Shown: in pieces, positions 1 to 8,181 of the stretch
Layout: the number at the start of each line of letters is the position of its first letter
Numbering within the stretch: the stretch's first letter is position 1
Source of the DNA: an uncultured Pelagibacteraceae bacterium
GTDB taxonomy: Bacteria > Pseudomonadota > Alphaproteobacteria > Pelagibacterales > Pelagibacteraceae
DNA: 64,000 bases
Reading direction: 5' to 3'
NCBI GenBank assembly: GCA_902518395.1
Contig: CABYFX010000001.1
Span: forward strand, 4,709 to 68,708
Program-made: the position numbers and the translations under genes
Notes under the pieces: model-generated
Databases searched by the model: none
Seen by the model: only the letters and a program-made list of their open reading frames with translations
Told to the model about the DNA's origin: nothing

Positions 1-629
1 GCAATACGATGAGGATTTAATGGATTTTTCAAAAAAAATTGAGAGTATCGAAAGTGTTGAAATATTGTCCATTGGAAAATCTCTTGAACTAATAAAAGAT
101 TTAGGAGACGCACAGGAGGTTTTAGATAGATATGATCTTGGCAAAGTGAGAGGAACTCACGCTATAGGTCATGCTAGAATGGCAACTGAGTCCGGTGTAG
201 ATATAAAATCTGCCCACCCTTTTTTGGGGATATCCATTTAGCGATGTATCTGTTGTGCATAATGGTCAATTAACTAATTATTGGAATAATAGAAGAATGC
301 TTGAAAATAAAGGTATGAGATTTATGTCAGAGTGTGACTCTGAATTAATCGCAGTTTATTTAGCAGAAAAAATGAGAAATGGAGCAACTCTAGAAGAAGG
401 TATGAAGGATAGTTTATCAGGATTAGATGGCGTGTTTACTTATTTTGTTGCAACAAAAGATTCTTTAGGAATGGCAAAAGATACAATGGCAGCAAAACCA
501 TTGGTTCTATACGAGTCAGATGATTTGGTAGCTATGGGATCTGAAGAGATAGCAATAAGATCTATCTTGCCCCACGAAATTGACACTTATGATCCTTTTG
601 ATGGAGAAGTAAAAGTATGGCAAATATAA
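1..629 (+). CDS. glxB: Class II glutamine amidotransferase-like protein (GlxB/MgsA-like paralog 1); 5' end lies outside the window; split by a +1 frameshift in the T-run at 220-225
   Basis: ORFs 20..241 (GHARMATES..SAHP) and 255..629 (HNGQLTN..CDSE..DGVFT..KPL) are consecutive halves of a GATase-II domain. Removing one T gives SAHPFWGYPFSDVSVVHNGQ. Confidence 0.8.
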
Positions 630-1471
630 AAACTAACGAGAATAAAACTAAAGCCCAATCAATGGGACTTCATAGTGAAGTCTTAACAGGAAAAACACAA
701 CAAAAATTTTTCAATCCAGATGAAGCAGAAAACTTTTATTATTGGGGAACTTATGATGTAGATTTTAATAAAAGAATTGATCTTGATGTAAATGATCTAG
801 ATTGCAAAGAGGCAAACAAAAAAATTGATGAGCTTATGAGTCAAGGTTATGGAACAATAGTTATAAAAAACCCACAAGGAAAACATAGTTTAGGTGTTGG
901 AGTATTAAATAAATTGAATTTAATATTTGAAGGAAGTTTGGGTTATTTTGGTGTTGGTTCTATTGATGGCCCAACAGTAAGAATTAATGGCAGAGTTGGA
1001 TGGTCATGTGCAGAAAATATGATGGCAGGAAAAGTAGTAATAGAAAAAAATGCAGGATCATGTTTTGGTGCAGCAGTTAGAGGTGGAGATTTAATATGTA
1101 AAGGAAGTGTTGGTGCTAGAACAGGGATTGATCAAAAAGGTGGAACAATTATTGTTGGGGGTGACGCTGGAGCATTCACTGGGTTTATGATGCAAAGAGG
1201 TAGAATAATAATTTTAGGTAATGTCGGTATAAACCTAGGAGACTCTATGTACGATGGAACTATTTATGTGGGTGGAAAAATTGGATCATTTGGTAGTGAT
1301 GCGATTGAGTCGCCTATGACAAAAAGTGATGTAGATTGGATTAAAAGAAAACTTAAAGTAGCAGAAATCGGTGAAGATTTTAATATTTCAAATATGACTA
1401 AAGTTGTTGCAGGTAAAAAATTATGGAATTACGACGCTTTAGAACCAACTGAGAAAAAAGGAGCAATTTAA
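617..1471 (+). CDS. glxC: GltB C-terminal/FwdC-type GXGXG beta-helix protein (GlxC/MgsB-like paralog 1) with N-terminal extension
   Basis: Repeated G-x-x-G..M-x-x-G-x-I-x-V/I-x-G units (ENMMAGKVVI, GFMMQRGRIII, GDSMYDGTIYVGG); lies between glxB-like and glxD-like genes. Confidence 0.8.
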   Translation: MANIKTNENKTKAQSMGLHSEVLTGKTQQKFFNPDEAENFYYWGTYDVDFNKRIDLDVNDLDCKEANKKIDELMSQGYGTIVIKNPQGKHSLGVGVLNKLNLIFEGSLGYFGVGSIDGPTVRINGRVGWSCAENMMAGKVVIEKNAGSCFGAAVRGGDLICKGSVGARTGIDQKGGTIIVGGDAGAFTGFMMQRGRIIILGNVGINLGDSMYDGTIYVGGKIGSFGSDAIESPMTKSDVDWIKRKLKVAEIGEDFNISNMTKVVAGKKLWNYDALEPTEKKGAI

Positions 1472-2865
1472 TGGCAAAGAAAAAAAACGGAAAATCAAAT
1501 GGTCATTCCAATGGGAATGGTGGAAGTGAATTCTCAAAAAGAAATAAAAGTTTACTAGGTTATAACGCTATATTTACACCTGAAGTAATCGACGACATTC
1601 ATATTAAGGCTCAGTTAGGTAGATACCGAATGAGAGGTATGGCTCTGATGAAAAAAATTCCTACATTTGACGATTTAGTTTTTTTACCTGGTACTCTTAC
1701 AAGATTTGTAATTGAAGGTTACAGAGAAAAATGTGAAACAAAAACTATCATCGGTCCAAGATGTGAAAACCCAGTGGAATTAGATATACCAGTTTATATT
1801 ACAGGTATGAGTTTTGGAGCTTTATCGTATGAAGCAAAAACAGCACTTGCAAGAGGAGCTACTATGGCAGGTAGCGCAACATGTTCGGGTGAAGGTGGAA
1901 TGATACCTGATGAAAGAAGATATTCAGAAAAATGGTACTATCAATGTATTCAATCAAGATATGGATTTAATCCTCATCATGCACAGCTTGCTGATGGAAT
2001 TGAAGTGTTCATTGGTCAAGGTCAAAAAGTTGGAATGGGTGGACACTTGATGGGTCAAAAAGTTACTGACCAAGTAGCAGAGATGAGATCATTACCAGCT
2101 GGTATTGATCAAAGATCTCCTGCAAGACATCCCGATTGGTTAGGACCAGATGACTTGGCTTTAAAAGTTCAAGAGCTTAGAGAATTAACAAAAAATAAAG
2201 TTCCAATACAATTAAAGCTTGGAGCAGCAAAAGTTTATGATGATGTTCGTATGGCAGCAAAATGTGATCCAGACTCTATTTATTTAGATGGTATGGAAGG
2301 CTCAACAGGTGCCGGTCCACACATCGCAGCAGCAAACACAGGTATACCTGGAATAGCTGCAATCAGAGAAGCAAGAAGAGCAATAGATGATGTTGGAAAA
2401 ACTGGTAAAGTTACTCTTATTTATGCTGGTGGAGTTAGAGATGGAGCTGATATGGCTAAAGCACTTGCGCTTGGAGCAGATGCTATTGCTATAGGAACTG
2501 GAGCAATGATTGCGCTGAATTGTAATAAAGAAATTCCAGAGTCTAATTTTGAAAAAGAAATGGGAGTACCAGCAGGTCATTGTTATCACTGTCATACTGG
2601 TCGTTGCCCAGTAGGTGTTGCTACTCAAGATCCTAAGTTAAGAAAAAGACTTAATCCAGATGAGGCAGCTCTTAGAGTATATAATTACTTACATACTATG
2701 ACACTAGAAGCCCAATTATTAGCTAGAGCTTGTGGTAAAACTAATATCCATTCATTAGAGCCTGAAGATATGGCAGCTTTAACAATGGAAGCATCTGCTT
2801 TGGCAAAAGTACCACTTTCTGGAACAAATCATACGGTAGGAGTTGACGATTTTCATAAAATATAA
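1471..2865 (+). CDS. glxD: FMN-binding glutamate synthase family protein (GlxD/MgsC-like paralog 1) with Fe-S Cys motif
   Basis: GMSFGALS, SGEGG, IGQGQKVGMGGHL, SPARHPD and GGVRDGAD motifs; CYHCHTGRCPVGVATQ cluster motif. Confidence 0.85.
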   Translation: MAKKKNGKSNGHSNGNGGSEFSKRNKSLLGYNAIFTPEVIDDIHIKAQLGRYRMRGMALMKKIPTFDDLVFLPGTLTRFVIEGYREKCETKTIIGPRCENPVELDIPVYITGMSFGALSYEAKTALARGATMAGSATCSGEGGMIPDERRYSEKWYYQCIQSRYGFNPHHAQLADGIEVFIGQGQKVGMGGHLMGQKVTDQVAEMRSLPAGIDQRSPARHPDWLGPDDLALKVQELRELTKNKVPIQLKLGAAKVYDDVRMAAKCDPDSIYLDGMEGSTGAGPHIAAANTGIPGIAAIREARRAIDDVGKTGKVTLIYAGGVRDGADMAKALALGADAIAIGTGAMIALNCNKEIPESNFEKEMGVPAGHCYHCHTGRCPVGVATQDPKLRKRLNPDEAALRVYNYLHTMTLEAQLLARACGKTNIHSLEPEDMAALTMEASALAKVPLSGTNHTVGVDDFHKI

Positions 2866-2867
2866 TT

Positions 2868-3275
2868 ATGCCAAAGAAAAAAAATAAAAAATCTAGCAAA
2901 AAAACAGTGAAAGGTCAGTTAGGTAAAAAGAAAGAGACTGCTCGAGAAAAGATGATAGGTCAAACTATTGGCTATAGGTATGATGTAAATTTATTACCAG
3001 ACTATTCAAGAATAACTCCATTCTTAAAAAAATATATCGAAGCAATGGGTTGGGATGATTTGAATTGGTTGGAAGATGTTCACATGGGGTATGAAGAAGA
3101 TAGACCTGCAGTCTTTGATAGAAACGCAAATGGTTGGGTAACTATTCCAAAAAAAATTAAATTACCAAACAACCAACAAGATAGAGACATGATTGCAAGA
3201 GAGCTACTGGTAAAATTTCAAATGTCTCCAAATCATCCACTTGTAGATCTTAAAAAAGCATATCGAAAATTTTAG
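2868..3275 (+). CDS. Hypothetical protein with a Lys-rich N-terminus, cotranscribed with glxBCD paralog 1
   Basis: 135-aa ORF starting 2 nt after the glxD stop; normal codon usage; W/D-rich core (MGWDDLNWLEDVHMGYEEDRP). Confidence 0.75.
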   Translation: MPKKKNKKSSKKTVKGQLGKKKETAREKMIGQTIGYRYDVNLLPDYSRITPFLKKYIEAMGWDDLNWLEDVHMGYEEDRPAVFDRNANGWVTIPKKIKLPNNQQDRDMIARELLVKFQMSPNHPLVDLKKAYRKF

Positions 3276-3386
3276 AATCATCAGCAATTTATATATACTA
3301 ATAGTTGTAGAATAATTAATTAACTGCGTATTAGCTGTTTTATTTGATATTGATCAAATTAATCCAAATAATACAATTTCCATAAT

Positions 3387-3405
3387 TTGTTTAAACAATT
3401 GGAGG
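3387..3405 (+). promoter_or_regulatory. 12-bp palindrome TTGTTTAAACAA followed by the Shine-Dalgarno GGAGG of amt
   Basis: Perfect inverted repeat at 3387-3398; GGAGG at 3401-3405; ATG at 3410. Confidence 0.35.
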
Positions 3406-3409
3406 TTAA

Positions 3410-4810
3410 ATGACTGACGAACTAGGTGCATTGACAACCATATTTACAGAATTTTACTATTGGATAACAGTAGTACTTATGTTTTTAATCCACGTAGGAT
3501 TCTGTATGTATGAAGTTGGAGCTTCCCGATACAAACATCATCAACATACATTAATGAAAAATACTATGCTGATACCTTTGGTAACGGTAACTTGGTTTTT
3601 ATTTGGATGGTGGATTTATTGGGCTTTTCCAACGGGACCAGGTCTTGCACCATCAATAATGACGGAGAGTACAGCTTTAATTACAGATGACTCAGCCTTT
3701 AGTGCTAAGTGGTATTTACCAACTAGCGATCTGATGGCAGTAAATTTGGGTGATCATATAAGCGGAGTATTTTGGGCTGCATTCTTATTATTCTCATGGA
3801 CAGCTGCTTCGATAGTATCAGGTGCTGTGATTGAAAGAATCACAACTTTTGCTTTTGGAATTCTTGCAATTGCAATTGGATCTGTATTTTGGAGTATAGA
3901 TGCTGCTTGGGGATGGCACTTTGACGGATGGATGTTAAAAATACTTGGATATCATGATGCTTACGCCTCGGGAGTAATTCACGCAATTGCTGGTGGATTT
4001 GCTTTAGGTGTTCTTGCAGTTTTGGGACCGAGAATTGGAAAATTTTCACCAAGTGGTGAACCTAGAAACATCGGACCAAGAAATCCTTGGTTAGTAACTG
4101 TTGGATTATTCCTAATTTATACAGGTTTTTGGGGTTTTTACGCAGCTTGTAATATTCCAATTTATGACTTGGGACCAGAATACGGTATGGAAGGTGTAAC
4201 CTACTTTACCGCGACCAACATCTATGTAACCCCAACAACACTTAGTGGTATTACCATGAACTTCTTGATGTCGCTATCTGGAGGATTGTTAGCAGGATAT
4301 GTTATATCCAAAGGCGATCCATTCTGGACTTATTCTAGTGGTTTAGCTGGAATAATATGTGCTTCAGCAGGAAATGACTTATATCATCCAATTCAAGCAT
4401 TAATAATTGGAATGATAGGTGTGGTTATAGCTTACAAAATGCATTACTGGGTTGAACGTAAGTTCAAAATTGATGATGCAGTTGGCGCTGTAGCTGTACA
4501 TGGTTATGCTGGTTTTGTAGGACTTGTAATATGTGGGTTTGTACTAAATGGATACCCTTCTTCAGGATATAGCGTTGGTGCTATGTGGGATGGAAGCAAC
4601 TATGCTGCCATCAATCCTTTAGGAATGTTTATTGGTGCAATAATCATGTTCTTTGTTCTAGGAATGATACCAGGTTATATAATTGCTAAAGTGTTAAATG
4701 GAATGGGCAAACTTAGAATCCCTAGGGAAGTTGAGTTAGCTGGTTTGGACTACGAAATAATGGAAGAGGCAAAAGAAGATGAAAAAATTGTTGCTTCTTC
4801 AAGTAGTTAA
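3410..4810 (+). CDS. amt: Amt/Mep/Rh family ammonium or methylammonium transporter (divergent subtype)
   Basis: About 11 TM segments; SGAVIER, twin His (GVIHAIAG; DDAVGAVAVHG), LGPRIGKF and E..GLD C-terminal motifs. Confidence 0.92.
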   Translation: MTDELGALTTIFTEFYYWITVVLMFLIHVGFCMYEVGASRYKHHQHTLMKNTMLIPLVTVTWFLFGWWIYWAFPTGPGLAPSIMTESTALITDDSAFSAKWYLPTSDLMAVNLGDHISGVFWAAFLLFSWTAASIVSGAVIERITTFAFGILAIAIGSVFWSIDAAWGWHFDGWMLKILGYHDAYASGVIHAIAGGFALGVLAVLGPRIGKFSPSGEPRNIGPRNPWLVTVGLFLIYTGFWGFYAACNIPIYDLGPEYGMEGVTYFTATNIYVTPTTLSGITMNFLMSLSGGLLAGYVISKGDPFWTYSSGLAGIICASAGNDLYHPIQALIIGMIGVVIAYKMHYWVERKFKIDDAVGAVAVHGYAGFVGLVICGFVLNGYPSSGYSVGAMWDGSNYAAINPLGMFIGAIIMFFVLGMIPGYIIAKVLNGMGKLRIPREVELAGLDYEIMEEAKEDEKIVASSSS

Positions 4811-4821
4811 AGGAGGATAAT

Positions 4822-5049
4822 ATGGCTACAGTATCTAATTGGATAGATCATCTGAATAAGCCTGCAGAAGAAGTTGCGGGTGCAGTTTATCCAGGAGTAG
4901 GATCAGAAGGTATATTGGTTCTCGTACTTTTTGTTATTTGGATCGGTTGGACTGTTGTAAGTTCTAAGCAGGAAAGTGATAAGCTTTCAAAACTTGCAAG
5001 AAGAAAACCAAGTTCAAATGCATGGAAAAGTAATGTCACCGATGGATAA
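4822..5049 (+). CDS. Small single-pass membrane protein downstream of amt
   Basis: Strong SD AAGGAGG just upstream; one hydrophobic helix (ILVLVLFVIWIGWTVV). Confidence 0.8.
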   Translation: MATVSNWIDHLNKPAEEVAGAVYPGVGSEGILVLVLFVIWIGWTVVSSKQESDKLSKLARRKPSSNAWKSNVTDG

Positions 5050-5060
5050 ATAAAAAATAA

Positions 5061-5090
5061 TAAGGGCGCATGAATTTAAATGCGCCCTTA
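5061..5090 (+). terminator. GC-rich hairpin (terminator or mRNA stabiliser) after the amt unit
   Basis: TAAGGGCGCAT-gaatttaa-ATGCGCCCTTA, 11-bp perfect stem; weak U-tail. Confidence 0.6.
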
Positions 5091-5099
5091 AAGTTAAGC

Positions 5100-5252
5100 A
5101 TGGAAGACAATAAAAAAAATTTAAACAAAACACCAAGCAAAATGGCTAGATTAGCATGGCCAAAATCTAAGTATGGTGTCTATGCCGCAATCATTATTAT
5201 TGTAGTAATTAATGTGCTTTACTATAAAGACCAATTATTATCATTACTTTAA
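5100..5252 (+). CDS. Small membrane protein (about 50 aa)
   Basis: The track start at 5070 lies inside the hairpin, so ATG 5100 (MEDNKK..) is more likely; one TM segment (YGVYAAIIIIVVINVLYY). Confidence 0.55.
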   Translation: MEDNKKNLNKTPSKMARLAWPKSKYGVYAAIIIIVVINVLYYKDQLLSLL

Positions 5253-5261
5253 AACTTATTT

Positions 5262-6140
5262 ATGTGTGGCATCGTTGGAATTTATCTAAAATCTAAAAAA
5301 TTTGAAAAATCTTTAGGAGAAATGCTTTCTAAAATGTTAGTCAACATGGAGTCTAGGGGTCCTGATAGTGCAGGTTTTGCAATTTATAACAGTGATAAAA
5401 ATAAAACTTACAAATATTCTATTTGTTTAAATGAAATGAGTTTCGAAAAATTTAAAAAAGAAATTAAAAAGAAAGTAAAATTTTCAAGTATAGAAAAGAA
5501 TTCAGACCACATAATTTTAAAATCTATTGAAAAACCTAATAAAATTCTGCCTATTTTGGAGAGTTATGAGAAACTATCGTTAGTTGGTTACGGGAAATCT
5601 ATTGAAATTTTCAAACAAGTTGGAAGTCCAAGTAATGTTGTAAAGAAGTTTAATCTAGATAATTTTTCAGGAACTCATGCGATTGGCCATACGCGAATGG
5701 CAACAGAAAGTGCAATTACTACAAATGGATCTCACCCCTACTCTACTGGAGAAGATGAATGTTTGGTTCATAACGGATCGCTATCTAATCACAATAACTT
5801 AAGAAGAATATTGAAAAAAAATGGTTCTAAGTTTAATTCTGAAAATGACACTGAAGTTGCAGCTGGATATATCTCCGATAGTCTTAAAAATAGAAACTTA
5901 AAACAAACTTTAAAAAAAGGTTTAAACGAACTAGATGGGTTCTACACTTTTATTGCAGGAACTCACAGTGGTTTCGCAGTTCTTCGTGATGAGATAGCTT
6001 GTAAACCTGCAGTAATAGCTGAAACAAAAGATTATGTTGCAATTTGTTCTGAGTTTCAAGCAATGGCACATATGCCTAATGTTAACAATGCAAAAATTTT
6101 TGAACCTGAGCCAGGTATAGTTTATTCTTGGGGAAAATAA
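5262..6140 (+). CDS. glxB: N-methylglutamate synthase subunit A (class II glutamine amidotransferase)
   Basis: N-terminal MCGIVG nucleophile, RGPDSAG, GHTRMATES, HNGSLSN and NDTE motifs; glxBCD-glnT order. Confidence 0.88.
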   Translation: MCGIVGIYLKSKKFEKSLGEMLSKMLVNMESRGPDSAGFAIYNSDKNKTYKYSICLNEMSFEKFKKEIKKKVKFSSIEKNSDHIILKSIEKPNKILPILESYEKLSLVGYGKSIEIFKQVGSPSNVVKKFNLDNFSGTHAIGHTRMATESAITTNGSHPYSTGEDECLVHNGSLSNHNNLRRILKKNGSKFNSENDTEVAAGYISDSLKNRNLKQTLKKGLNELDGFYTFIAGTHSGFAVLRDEIACKPAVIAETKDYVAICSEFQAMAHMPNVNNAKIFEPEPGIVYSWGK

Positions 6141-6820
6141 TGAATCTTGATTTAAAAAAATTGAAACTAAGATCAGTAAATGAAAAGCTACAAAGTATTG
6201 ATAGAAAAACAAATAGTAGAAAATTTACTATATCAAATCCTGAAGGTAATCATGCTATATGTGCAGGTCTTACAGAAAATATTGAAATAACTATAAAAGG
6301 TCATGTAGGTTATTATTGTGCTGGTATGAACCAAAATGCAAATATTATAGTTGATGGAAATGTAGGCACAGGTGTAGCAGAAAATATGATGTCTGGAAAA
6401 GTTCATGTTAAAGGAAATGCATCACAATCTGCAGGGGCAACTGCACATGGTGGAACATTAATTGTTGATGGCGATACTAGTTCTAGATGTGGAATTTCAA
6501 TGAAAGGTATTGACATAATAGTTAAAGGTTCAGTTGGTCATATGTCAGCCTTTATGGCTCAATCTGGAAATTTAGTCGTTTTTGGTAATGCTGGAGAAGC
6601 CTTAGGAGATAGTTTGTATGAAACAAATATATATGTAAAAGGAAAAGTAAAATCTTTAGGAGCAGATTGTGAAGAAAAAAAAATGGATAAAAAACATAAA
6701 TCAAAATTAAAAGAACTTTTGAAAAAAGTTGGATCAAATATTAAGCCTGATCAATTTAAAAGATACGGTTCCGCAAGAAAACTATATAATTTTAATATTG
6801 ATAATGTATCTAACTATTAA
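6140..6820 (+). CDS. glxC: N-methylglutamate synthase subunit B (GXGXG protein)
   Basis: GXGXG repeats; ATG at 6140 overlaps the glxB stop (TAATG). Confidence 0.88.
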   Translation: MNLDLKKLKLRSVNEKLQSIDRKTNSRKFTISNPEGNHAICAGLTENIEITIKGHVGYYCAGMNQNANIIVDGNVGTGVAENMMSGKVHVKGNASQSAGATAHGGTLIVDGDTSSRCGISMKGIDIIVKGSVGHMSAFMAQSGNLVVFGNAGEALGDSLYETNIYVKGKVKSLGADCEEKKMDKKHKSKLKELLKKVGSNIKPDQFKRYGSARKLYNFNIDNVSNY

Positions 6821-6822
6821 AT

Positions 6823-8142
6823 ATGAAAAATAAAACTCTACCTCGTCAATCCTGGACCTTTGATGAGTATACTAACTCTGAAATAAGAAGAGCCGCTGAG
6901 ACTGGAATTTATGATATTAGGGGCGGTGGTTCTAAAAGAAGGCTTCCACATTTTGATGATTTATTATTTTTAGGTGCTTCAATGTCTAGATATCCTTTGG
7001 AAGGATATAGGGAAAAATGTACTACAAATGTAACTTTAGGTACAAAATATGCAAAAAAACCATTAGAGCTTGATATTCCAATTACGATTGCGGGTATGAG
7101 TTTTGGAGCTTTGTCCGGTCCAGCGAAAGAGGCGTTAGGAAGAGGAGCAAGTGCAGCTGGAACATCTACCACAACAGGTGATGGAGGAATGACACCAGAA
7201 GAAAGAGGTCAATCGAAAAATTTGATTTATCAACTTTTGCCCTCAAGATATGGGATGAACCCAAATGATTTAAGGAAGGCAGATGCAATAGAAGTAGTGA
7301 TTGGACAAGGCGCAAAACCTGGTGGTGGAGGAATGTTGCTTGGACAAAAAATAGATGATCGTGTTGCAGAAATGAGGACTTTACCAAAAGGTATTGATCA
7401 AAGATCTGCATGTCGTCACCCTGATTGGACTGGTCCTGATGATTTAAAAATAAAAATTTTAGAATTAAGAGAAATTACTAAATGGAAAGTTCCTATTTTT
7501 ATTAAAATTGCTGGAGCAAGACCATACTATGATACAGCATTAGCTGTAAAAGCTGGAGCAGATGTTGTTGTCCTAGATGGTATGCAAGGTGGAACTGCAG
7601 CAACACAAGAAGTGTTCATTGAGAATGTAGGTCAACCAACTTTAGCCTGTATAAGACCTGCTGTAGATGCTCTGCAAGATTTAAATTCTCATAGAGAAGT
7701 TCAGCTTATAATTTCAGGTGGAATTAGAAATGGTGCGGATGTAGCTAAAGCTCTTGCGTTAGGAGCAGATGCAGTATCAATTGGGAGTGCAGCCATGATT
7801 GCAATTGGTGATAATGATCCGAAATGGGAAAAAGAATATGAAAAACTTGGAAGTAAAGCAGGAGCGTACGACGACTGGCATGAGGGAAATGATCCTGCAG
7901 GAATTTCAACTCAGAAACCAGAGCTAATGAAAAGATTAGATCCAAAAAAAGCTGGTAAAAAATTATCAAATTATTTAAAGGTTATGTCTTTAGAAGCACA
8001 AACTATTGCACGAGCATGTGGAAAAAATAGTCTTCACAACTTAGAACCAGAAGATTTATGTGCATTAACTGTTGAAGCCGCTGCAATGGCTAGAGTTCCC
8101 TTGGCAGGAACTAGCTGGGTGCCGGGTATAAAAAAGAAATAG
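6823..8142 (+). CDS. glxD: N-methylglutamate synthase subunit C (FMN-binding, no Fe-S Cys motif)
   Basis: GMSFGALS, TTGDGG, GQGAKPGGGG and RHPDWTGPDD motifs; Cys motif replaced by YDDWHEGNDPAGISTQ. Confidence 0.88.
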   Translation: MKNKTLPRQSWTFDEYTNSEIRRAAETGIYDIRGGGSKRRLPHFDDLLFLGASMSRYPLEGYREKCTTNVTLGTKYAKKPLELDIPITIAGMSFGALSGPAKEALGRGASAAGTSTTTGDGGMTPEERGQSKNLIYQLLPSRYGMNPNDLRKADAIEVVIGQGAKPGGGGMLLGQKIDDRVAEMRTLPKGIDQRSACRHPDWTGPDDLKIKILELREITKWKVPIFIKIAGARPYYDTALAVKAGADVVVLDGMQGGTAATQEVFIENVGQPTLACIRPAVDALQDLNSHREVQLIISGGIRNGADVAKALALGADAVSIGSAAMIAIGDNDPKWEKEYEKLGSKAGAYDDWHEGNDPAGISTQKPELMKRLDPKKAGKKLSNYLKVMSLEAQTIARACGKNSLHNLEPEDLCALTVEAAAMARVPLAGTSWVPGIKKK

Positions 8143-8145
8143 TTA

Positions 8146-8173
8146 TTGATAGTTAATAAATAATTCGTAGAAT
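8146..8173 (+). promoter_or_regulatory. Putative sigma70 promoter of glnT/gmaS, giving a nearly leaderless transcript
   Basis: TTGATA (8146-8151), 16-nt spacer, TAGAAT (8168-8173); ATG at 8182. Confidence 0.4.
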
Positions 8174-8181
8174 AATTATTA

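Noticed and set aside
217-229. Programmed ribosomal frameshift in glxB paralog 1
   Set aside because: No stimulatory structure or adjacent stop codon is evident; a homopolymer error is simpler.
1471-2865. Calling GlxD-1 a fragment of a broken gltB
   Set aside because: The three domains are separate, properly started genes in B-C-D order that parallel set 2; this is not the domain order of a decayed GltB.
5070-5099. Track start of the 60-aa ORF at 5070
   Set aside because: This ATG sits inside the GC-rich hairpin; ATG 5100 is more plausible.
6128-6139. TTG start for glxC paralog 2
   Set aside because: ATG 6140 overlaps the upstream stop (TAATG), a typical coupled start.
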